Source: Archangiaceae bacterium (lineage in GTDB: Bacteria; Myxococcota; Myxococcia; Myxococcales; Myxococcaceae). Taken from it: a DNA stretch of 15,156 nt. The position numbers and the translations under genes were made by a program. Under the pieces are notes generated by a model. That model saw nothing but the letters and a program-made list of their open reading frames with translations. It searched no databases and was not told the origin of the DNA. Every line of letters begins with the position of its first letter. Positions within the stretch are counted from its first letter, which is position 1. The DNA is taken from assembly GCA_043750125.1 (NCBI GenBank), contig JAYVCD010000105.1:1-15156 (forward strand). Reading direction: 5' to 3'. Positions 9,467 to 15,156 of the stretch are shown piece by piece.

Positions 9467-10052
9467 AAGGTTTCGGGCCCCCGACACCTCTACGAGGGTG
9501 CTCACCGCCGAGGCGCCCATTTCCTTCGAGGCCCAGCCCCGGCCGGCGCTTGCAGCCGTCTACGCCCAGCACGTCACCGCCGTCATCGGGTGGGCCGCCC
9601 GCCTCGGCGGACCGTCGGTCGACGCCGAAGACGTGGCCCACGACGTCTTCGTCACTGCCGGCAAGAAGTTGAGCGGCCTCGACGGCGACGCGCACCTCGA
9701 GCTCTGGCTCTTCACCTTGACCCGAAACGAAGTTCGCAATCGCCGCCGCCAGGTGCGCGCTCGAAGATTCCTGCTCGGGCTGTGGGGCAAAGGACTGTCG
9801 GCTGAAGATCCCCGTCCCCTGCCCCCGGACGCGATGGAGCAGGCCGCGACCGCGGCGCTCGTCCGTGCGGCGCTCGATCGGTTGACCGAACGGCAGCGCG
9901 AAGTCCTGGTGCTGTTCGAGCTCGAAGATCGTTCAGGCGCCGAGGTGGCCGCTTTGGTCGGGGTGAAGGAATCCAACATCTGGGTCGTGCTCCATCGCGC
10001 GCGGGCCGCGCTGGCGAGGGAAGTCGAACGCCTCGAGGAGGCTGCAAAATGA
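9459..10052 (+). CDS. ECF-family RNA polymerase sigma-70 factor
   Basis: Region 2: DAEDVAHDVFV...LWLFTLTRNEVRNRRR. Region 4: ALDRLTERQREVLVLFELEDRSGAEVAALVG......LHRARAAL. Start uncertain (GTG 9459 or GTG 9498). Confidence 0.94.
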   Translation: MGERFRAPDTSTRVLTAEAPISFEAQPRPALAAVYAQHVTAVIGWAARLGGPSVDAEDVAHDVFVTAGKKLSGLDGDAHLELWLFTLTRNEVRNRRRQVRARRFLLGLWGKGLSAEDPRPLPPDAMEQAATAALVRAALDRLTERQREVLVLFELEDRSGAEVAALVGVKESNIWVVLHRARAALAREVERLEEAAK

Positions 10053-10657
10053 GCGAAGAAATGACGGAAGCCGAGCGCCACGCTTTGGACCTGCTGCGCC
10101 AGCATGATCCGCTCTTGACCGTCCGCCCGGGTGCGGCCGCACGAATCGCAGCCCGGCTCCACCGGCCGGTGAAGAAGCGGCGCTCCGCCGTGCCCGTGGT
10201 GCTCGCGGCGATCGCGATCTCGACCGCCAGCTTCGCCGCCAAAAGGCTCTTCTGGCCCGCGCCGGTCGTTTCAGAAATGGCTTCAGCTCCTCTTGCGCAG
10301 GCAGTTCCGCAGCCGGTGGCCGCGCCGACCCCCCGCGGCTCCACTCTGCTCGAAGAGGCGCGGCTGCTCGAGCGGGTGGCGCAGGATCTAAAGCAGGGAC
10401 AGGTGACCCAAGCCCTGACCGGCGTCGATGCATACGAAGCGAAATACCCGTCCGGCGTGCTTCGACCCGAAGCCCTGGGTTTTCGGGTGCAGGCCTTCGA
10501 GCAGCTCGGCGCCGGGCACGTCACGGCGGCGATGGCGGAGCAGTGGGTGAGCGCTCTTGCCGGTCTGGGCCGATGTGCCGATGCGGCGCGGCTGGCCAAA
10601 CAGCCTGCCCAACGGGAGGCCTTCAATCGCGCGGTGAAAGGTTTCTGTTCGCCATGA
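10049..10657 (+). CDS. Putative single-pass anti-sigma factor with C-terminal TPR-like helical domain
   Basis: ATGA overlap with the sigma stop. Short N-domain, basic patch KKRR, TM (AVPVVLAAIAISTASFAA), Pro/Ala linker, then LLEEARLL...AL...Y..KYPSGVLRPEA helical-repeat motif. Anti-sigma role inferred from position and topology. Confidence 0.72.
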   Translation: MSEEMTEAERHALDLLRQHDPLLTVRPGAAARIAARLHRPVKKRRSAVPVVLAAIAISTASFAAKRLFWPAPVVSEMASAPLAQAVPQPVAAPTPRGSTLLEEARLLERVAQDLKQGQVTQALTGVDAYEAKYPSGVLRPEALGFRVQAFEQLGAGHVTAAMAEQWVSALAGLGRCADAARLAKQPAQREAFNRAVKGFCSP

Positions 10658-10681
10658 CCTTTCGTGAAAACGAGGCCGCAC

Positions 10682-11917
10682 ATGACTTCTTCGAGACTCT
10701 GGTTTGCGTTTGCAGTGGGTTCCACGGTGGGTCTGGTTGCAGGGTGCCAGTCGTACGACTTCGAGCCGGTGCAGCCGCTGGCCGTCTCGCAGACGACGCA
10801 GCCGACCAGGATTGTCGGGCGGCAGTTCAAGCCCAACCTGATGTTCCTGATCGACAAGTCCGGCTCGATGAACTTCGCCGCCAACGACACGGTGGCTCCG
10901 TGCACGCAGGGCTGCAACCAGACGGGACAGCCGGTCTGCGCGGCGGGCTGCAAGACGCGCCTGGGCGAGCTCAAGTCGGCGATGGGAACTTTCCTTTCCA
11001 CCCGCGGAGACCTCGCGTGGATGGGAATGGCCATCTTCCCCACCGCGGTCGCCGGTTCGAACGGGCTCCTGGACGCCTGTGGCGCCACCAGCTCAGCGGA
11101 CATTCGGGTTCAGCTCGCGCCGAATCAGGCCGACCTGCCGAGCGAGCTGATCGCCTCGGCCAACGCGGTGAACGCTCAGATTCAGAGCTTGAACGTCGGG
11201 GGCGGAACGCCGACCGGAGACTCGTTGAAGTTCCTCGGCGACTACGCCCCGCTGGCGGATCCGGATCCCAAGGTCTTGCGTGAAGACTTCGTGGTGCTGC
11301 TGACCGACGGTTTACCCAACTGCAACGCCAACAACGTCAACAGCTGCACCGGAAGCAGTTGCCGCTGCACGCTCGTGCCCGCGTCGGCCTGCGTCCCGAC
11401 GAGCTATTGCACCCAGGGCTGCCTCGACAAGGACAACTCGGCGGCGCAGGTGACGGCGCTGCGCAAGAAGAACATCCGGACGATCGTCATCGGTTTCGGC
11501 GCCGACACGGCCTCGGGCGACGGTCCGGACACGCTCAACGAGATGGCAGAGAACGGTGGCTTCGCCCGTACATGCAAGAACGGCTGTGGCGCGAACAACC
11601 CATGCGACACCGCGACGGGGCTGTGCACCCGAAAGTTCTACCAGGCCAGCAGCGCCGCGGAACTGGCGATTGTGCTCGCCGAGATTGGAGACGGCATCGA
11701 CACCAAAGGCATCTGCACCCGCGCGCTGTTCGAGCTTCCCAAAGACCGCAGCTTCCTCACGGTGATCGTCGACGGAAAGCATGAGGCCGAGAGCCCCACC
11801 ACCTGGACGTACTCGGCGGGCGTTGTCACCTTCACCGACGCGCTCTGCGACCGGATCAAGCAGTCGACTGCGGCGGCCCCGGTCCACATCGAGTTCCGGA
11901 TCGTGAACGCTCTCTAA
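10682..11917 (+). CDS. cglB: CglB-like adventurous gliding motility lipoprotein (Cys-rich VWA-domain adhesin)
   Basis: GAGG RBS at 10672-10675. Lipobox VAG-C followed by QSYDFEPVQPLAVSQTT...KPNLMFLIDKSGSM, as I recall from myxobacterial CglB N-termini. Complete MIDAS (DKSGS, GGTPT, LLTDGLPNC); 19 Cys; 411 aa. Orthologue versus paralogue cannot be resolved here. Confidence 0.85.
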   Translation: MTSSRLWFAFAVGSTVGLVAGCQSYDFEPVQPLAVSQTTQPTRIVGRQFKPNLMFLIDKSGSMNFAANDTVAPCTQGCNQTGQPVCAAGCKTRLGELKSAMGTFLSTRGDLAWMGMAIFPTAVAGSNGLLDACGATSSADIRVQLAPNQADLPSELIASANAVNAQIQSLNVGGGTPTGDSLKFLGDYAPLADPDPKVLREDFVVLLTDGLPNCNANNVNSCTGSSCRCTLVPASACVPTSYCTQGCLDKDNSAAQVTALRKKNIRTIVIGFGADTASGDGPDTLNEMAENGGFARTCKNGCGANNPCDTATGLCTRKFYQASSAAELAIVLAEIGDGIDTKGICTRALFELPKDRSFLTVIVDGKHEAESPTTWTYSAGVVTFTDALCDRIKQSTAAAPVHIEFRIVNAL

Positions 11918-11937
11918 AGCCGCAGGAATCTGGCCAC

Positions 11938-13092
11938 TCAATGTTTCGGCCGAAGCATCGGAGCCATCCCCCACAGCCAGCAGCCTCCTGCGCCGATGAA
12001 GGCCAGCGCGGCGAGCGTCATCCACTGCAGGTAGCGGGCGGAATCCCACTGCATCGCCACCCTTGCGACCAGCGCGACCGCGGTCAGAACGGCCAGGCCC
12101 CACGTCGGCACGGGCCAGGAAGACAACCAGTCACCGCGTCCGGCATGAGCGGCGATCACATGCTGGCCGATCGCGAGCGCGAGCAGCCCGAAGCCGCCGA
12201 GGAAGACCACGTGAAGCCCGGCGGCGCGGTACTGCGGCCAGAGCATCAGCAGCGCGTATCCCAACGGCAGACACCAGGCCGCGGCCAGCACCACCCGTCG
12301 GTTCAGCCCCGGCTGGGTCGGCCGCTTCCACAGCTCCGCGCCGTGCACCAGGACCCAGAGCACGACCGCCAGCCGCAGCGCGTAGCCCACCGACTGAGGC
12401 AGCGCCGTCTCGGTCTGAATGACGAAGCTCGCGATGAAGATCACCGCCAGGCCAAGGTGCGGCCAGCGCGGCGCAGGCGGGTTTGCCGGTGGCTGCCCGC
12501 GGGTGATGACCGGAACCAGCATCGCTCCGATTCCCATTACCAACGCTCCCACCACACCCTCGTGCAGCAGCGCGCGGCCCAGCGCCTGCCAGGGGGCGAA
12601 GGAAGTCAGCAGCGCGCCCGCCACCCCGAGCGCCAGCGCAACCGGAATCCAGATCATCGAGGGCGGTGAGCGCCCGGGGTTTCGAGAGGCGCGAATGCGG
12701 CTGATCACGAAATGAAGCAATACCGTCAGCTGAACCAGCCACATCCCCTGCGCCAGGGCCCACCGATCTTCCCAGGCGAACACCGCCAACAGCACCGGGC
12801 TGATCGCGGCGACCGCCAGCTGCCAACCGGCCGGAGCCGTCGTCCCGGTGCGCCGCGGAATGAAGGTGAAGAGAAAGCCGGCGATGAAGCAGGCGAGGAA
12901 GCCCTGCACCTGGACCATCGCGTGGAACAGGACTCGAAAGTTTCCGCCGGCGCCCAGGGAGAACCACAGCCATTGCCCGACGCCCACCCAGCCGAGCAGG
13001 ACTCCGAGCGGGAAGAACAGCTGGTACGGGTCTTTTCTGAGCCCCTCCACTTCCACGGTGCCGGCTTGCCCGGCGATCGGAAGCTGCGTCAT
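11938..13092 (-). CDS. nnrS: NnrS family membrane protein
   Basis: Highly hydrophobic, 384 aa. PYQLFFPLG, FHAMVQVQGF...AGFLFTFIPRRTGT, LHVVFLGGFG and terminal ..AHAGR motifs match the NnrS pattern. ATG at 13092; the ORF track starts at GTG 13098. Confidence 0.82.
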   Translation of the reverse strand: MTQLPIAGQAGTVEVEGLRKDPYQLFFPLGVLLGWVGVGQWLWFSLGAGGNFRVLFHAMVQVQGFLACFIAGFLFTFIPRRTGTTAPAGWQLAVAAISPVLLAVFAWEDRWALAQGMWLVQLTVLLHFVISRIRASRNPGRSPPSMIWIPVALALGVAGALLTSFAPWQALGRALLHEGVVGALVMGIGAMLVPVITRGQPPANPPAPRWPHLGLAVIFIASFVIQTETALPQSVGYALRLAVVLWVLVHGAELWKRPTQPGLNRRVVLAAAWCLPLGYALLMLWPQYRAAGLHVVFLGGFGLLALAIGQHVIAAHAGRGDWLSSWPVPTWGLAVLTAVALVARVAMQWDSARYLQWMTLAALAFIGAGGCWLWGMAPMLRPKH

Positions 13093-13306
13093 GGGCACCC
13101 GGCCCGGTGGCCAGGCGGCTGCTCGAGCCGGGCCGCAACTCTTCGAGCGAATGAGGACTCTTCACCAAACCGCAGGGCGCCGACGAGGGTCACGCCGCGA
13201 CCCTCGAGCAAGACGCGCGCCGGCTCGGGGGCAGAGGCAGCGGCTGAAGGCCCGGAGTGCAGACGGTGCACCGAAGCAGCCCGAGTGCAGTTTTACGAGC
13301 GACCCC

Positions 13307-13335
13307 GTGCTCCCAGCACCAGGTGCTGGGAGCAC
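13307..13335. repeat. Perfect 29-bp palindrome (14-bp arms, 1-nt centre) in the nnrS/desaturase divergent intergenic region
   Basis: GTGCTCCCAGCACC-A-GGTGCTGGGAGCAC; the arms are exact reverse complements. Confidence 0.95.
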
Positions 13336-13473
13336 TCCCTTCGGCATTTCTTCCCCAAGACGGGCACGGTCTCTGCAGACTGGCCGGGTCAACTTGAGGT
13401 CTCGACGAAAAGATTTGTACCGGCCGATCTTTCCGCTCGAAGTCGGGCCGCAGGGGCACGGTCGGTTCGCCGG

Positions 13474-14472
13474 ATGCGAGCTGTGACCGAACCGCAGCCG
13501 CGCACCGAGAAGGAGTTGCTGATCGCCAGCAAGGCCTTCACCCGCGAAGACCCGCTTCGGGCCTGGGCGGCGGTGCTCTCGACGTTTGCGCTGATCTCGG
13601 TGCTGGCGATCGCAATCGTCGCTGTGCCGGGGTGGCCGCCCAAGGCGGGGTTGGCGGCAATTCAGGGGCTGCTGCTGGTGCGCGGCTTCTGCCTCTTCCA
13701 CGACTTCCAACATGGATCTCTGCTGCGCGGGTCGCCGCTGGCCCGGGCGGTGTTCTTCCTCTTCGGGGTGCTGCTGCTGGTGCCGCCGAGCGTCTGGCGC
13801 GAGACCCACAACTACCACCACGCCCACACCGCGCAGCTGGTGGGCAGTCACATTGGCAGCTACCCGATGCTGACTCCGCGGATGTACCTGGCCCTCGGGC
13901 CTGGGCAGCGCTGGCTCTACCGGGCGGCGCGGCACCCGCTGAACATCGCCGGAGCAATGCTGAGCGTGTTCGCAGTGGGAATGTGCCTTCGTCCCTTTCT
14001 TCGCGCGCCGCTGCGGCATTGGCAGGGCCTGCTGTCGTTGCTGGCGGGGGGGACGATCGCCGCCGCCGCGATTGCGACCGGGCATCTGGAGGCGTTCTTG
14101 TTCGCCTGGGTTCTACCGCTGGCGATCGCCACCGCCGCGGGCGGCTATCTCTTCTATGCCCAGCACAACTTTCCCGGGGTGAAGGTCGCCCAGCGCGAGA
14201 GCTGGACCTTCACCGGCGCGGCGCTCGATTCGTCCAGCTTCATGAAGATGGGGCCGTTGATGGGCTGGTTCACCGCCAACATCGGCTTCCATCACGTGCA
14301 CCACCTCAACGCGGCGATCCCCTTCTACCGGCTGCCCGAGGCGATGGCGGCCCTGAGCGAGCTGCAGCACCCGGGCACGACCACCTTGACCCCGCGCGAC
14401 ATCGCGGCCTGCTTTCGACTGAAGCTGTGGGATCCACAAAGCGGGCGGATGGTCGGGTACCCCGCGCACTGA
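13474..14472 (+). CDS. Membrane-bound fatty acid desaturase (acyl-lipid, Des-like)
   Basis: Three His boxes (HDFQH, HNYHH, HHVHH), LFYAQHNF and IPFYRL, with TM segments. Start ATG 13474 or GTG 13483. The upstream extension in the ORF track overlaps nnrS and is not credible. Confidence 0.93.
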   Translation: MRAVTEPQPRTEKELLIASKAFTREDPLRAWAAVLSTFALISVLAIAIVAVPGWPPKAGLAAIQGLLLVRGFCLFHDFQHGSLLRGSPLARAVFFLFGVLLLVPPSVWRETHNYHHAHTAQLVGSHIGSYPMLTPRMYLALGPGQRWLYRAARHPLNIAGAMLSVFAVGMCLRPFLRAPLRHWQGLLSLLAGGTIAAAAIATGHLEAFLFAWVLPLAIATAAGGYLFYAQHNFPGVKVAQRESWTFTGAALDSSSFMKMGPLMGWFTANIGFHHVHHLNAAIPFYRLPEAMAALSELQHPGTTTLTPRDIAACFRLKLWDPQSGRMVGYPAH

Positions 14473-14529
14473 GGACGGGGCCCGCGGAGCCGATGACGCG
14501 TGGGCTGACGTTTGCATCGCGTGCGGGTC

Positions 14530-15156
14530 ATGCTCAACGCAGAACTGCTCTCTCGCTACGGCACCGTCCCCGTGCCGCGCTACACGTCCTACCCCTCGGC
14601 CAACCTCTGGGAGCCGCAGGGCGACGCCTTTGCGCGCGAGGTCTTCGGCCGCGCGGGCACCCGACCGCTCTCGCTCTACGTCCATGTGCCGTTCTGCAAG
14701 CGGCTCTGCTTCTACTGCGGCTGCAACATGCTGGTGACCCAACGCCAGGCGCTGGGCGAGCGGTACCTGGCCGCGCTGGAAGTCGAAGTGGCGCGGGTCG
14801 CGGGGCTGTTGAAGAGCGCGCCGACGGTGGTCCAGGTGCACCTGGGCGGAGGCACGCCGACCTGGCTCGATGTCGACCAGCTGACCCGGTTGACCCAGAC
14901 CCTGCAGCGCCACCTGCCCTTCAGCCGCGAGATTGAAGCGTCGATCGAGGTGCACCCGCCCGTCACGTCCTTCGAGCAGGTGCGGGCGCTGGCCCGGCTC
15001 GGCTTCAATCGGATCAGCATGGGAGTGCAGGACTTCGACCCTCAGGTGCAGCAGCGGGTCAACCGGCCGCAGCCGTTCGGCCAGACGCAAGAGCTGATCG
15101 GCTGCGCCCGCGCCGAAGGAATGAAGAGCGTGAACGTAGACCTGATGTATGGGCTT
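14530..15156 (+). CDS. hemN: Oxygen-independent coproporphyrinogen III oxidase, radical SAM (5' part; runs off the window)
   Basis: Manual translation from ATG 14530: MLNAELLSRYGTVPVPRYTSYP...LSLYVHVPFCKRLCFYCGCN...HLGGGTPT...GFNRISMGVQDFD..VQ..VNR.Q...NVDLMYGL. The PRYTSYP motif and the extra Cys after CxxxCxxC indicate true HemN rather than HemW. Confidence 0.96.
   Translation, partial: MLNAELLSRYGTVPVPRYTSYPSANLWEPQGDAFAREVFGRAGTRPLSLYVHVPFCKRLCFYCGCNMLVTQRQALGERYLAALEVEVARVAGLLKSAPTVVQVHLGGGTPTWLDVDQLTRLTQTLQRHLPFSREIEASIEVHPPVTSFEQVRALARLGFNRISMGVQDFDPQVQQRVNRPQPFGQTQELIGCARAEGMKSVNVDLMYGL

Noticed and set aside
7858-9672. 604-aa plus-strand ORF (and similar ORFs 9712-11103, 13632-14936, 14113-15090)
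   Set aside because: Arg/Pro/Ala-rich alternative-frame ORFs overlapping well-supported genes, as expected at this GC content.
12712-13473. Long N-terminal extension of the desaturase ORF
   Set aside because: It overlaps nnrS antisense and the palindromic intergenic region. Desaturase-like sequence starts only at about 13474.
14473-14529. FNR/CRP-type box upstream of hemN
   Set aside because: No TTGAT-N4-ATCAA or comparable dyad. Only weak ATGAC...GTCAT complementarity is present.

Overview
GC-rich bacterial window, most likely Myxococcota (inferred from a CglB-type lipoprotein and the ECF/anti-sigma architecture). In order it holds: the 3' end of an Ada-type metal-binding-domain gene; a 22-bp tandem repeat; a chimeric or degraded lipoprotein::half-MFS ORF; an ABC1/UbiB kinase (-); a divergent K+-independent membrane pyrophosphatase (hppA) with terminator; an orphan eutQ coupled to a cytochrome c that resembles an FTR1/PbrT N-terminus without its permease; an alpha/beta-hydrolase remnant (-); a pseudo-REC-GGDEF gene coupled to a SiaC/STAS-like gene; a four-gene cassette (putative OM beta-barrel protein, ECF sigma, anti-sigma, CglB-like VWA lipoprotein); nnrS (-); a palindrome-rich intergenic region; a fatty acid desaturase; and the 5' part of hemN. 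No rRNA, tRNA, CRISPR array or transposase was seen. The best candidate for a new system is the GGDEF/SiaC-like pair, because the cyclase has Ala at the guanine-specificity Asp, the position altered in cGAMP-making Hypr enzymes. The second best is the ECF cassette containing a CglB homologue. All family calls come from motif recognition by eye; no database searches were run.
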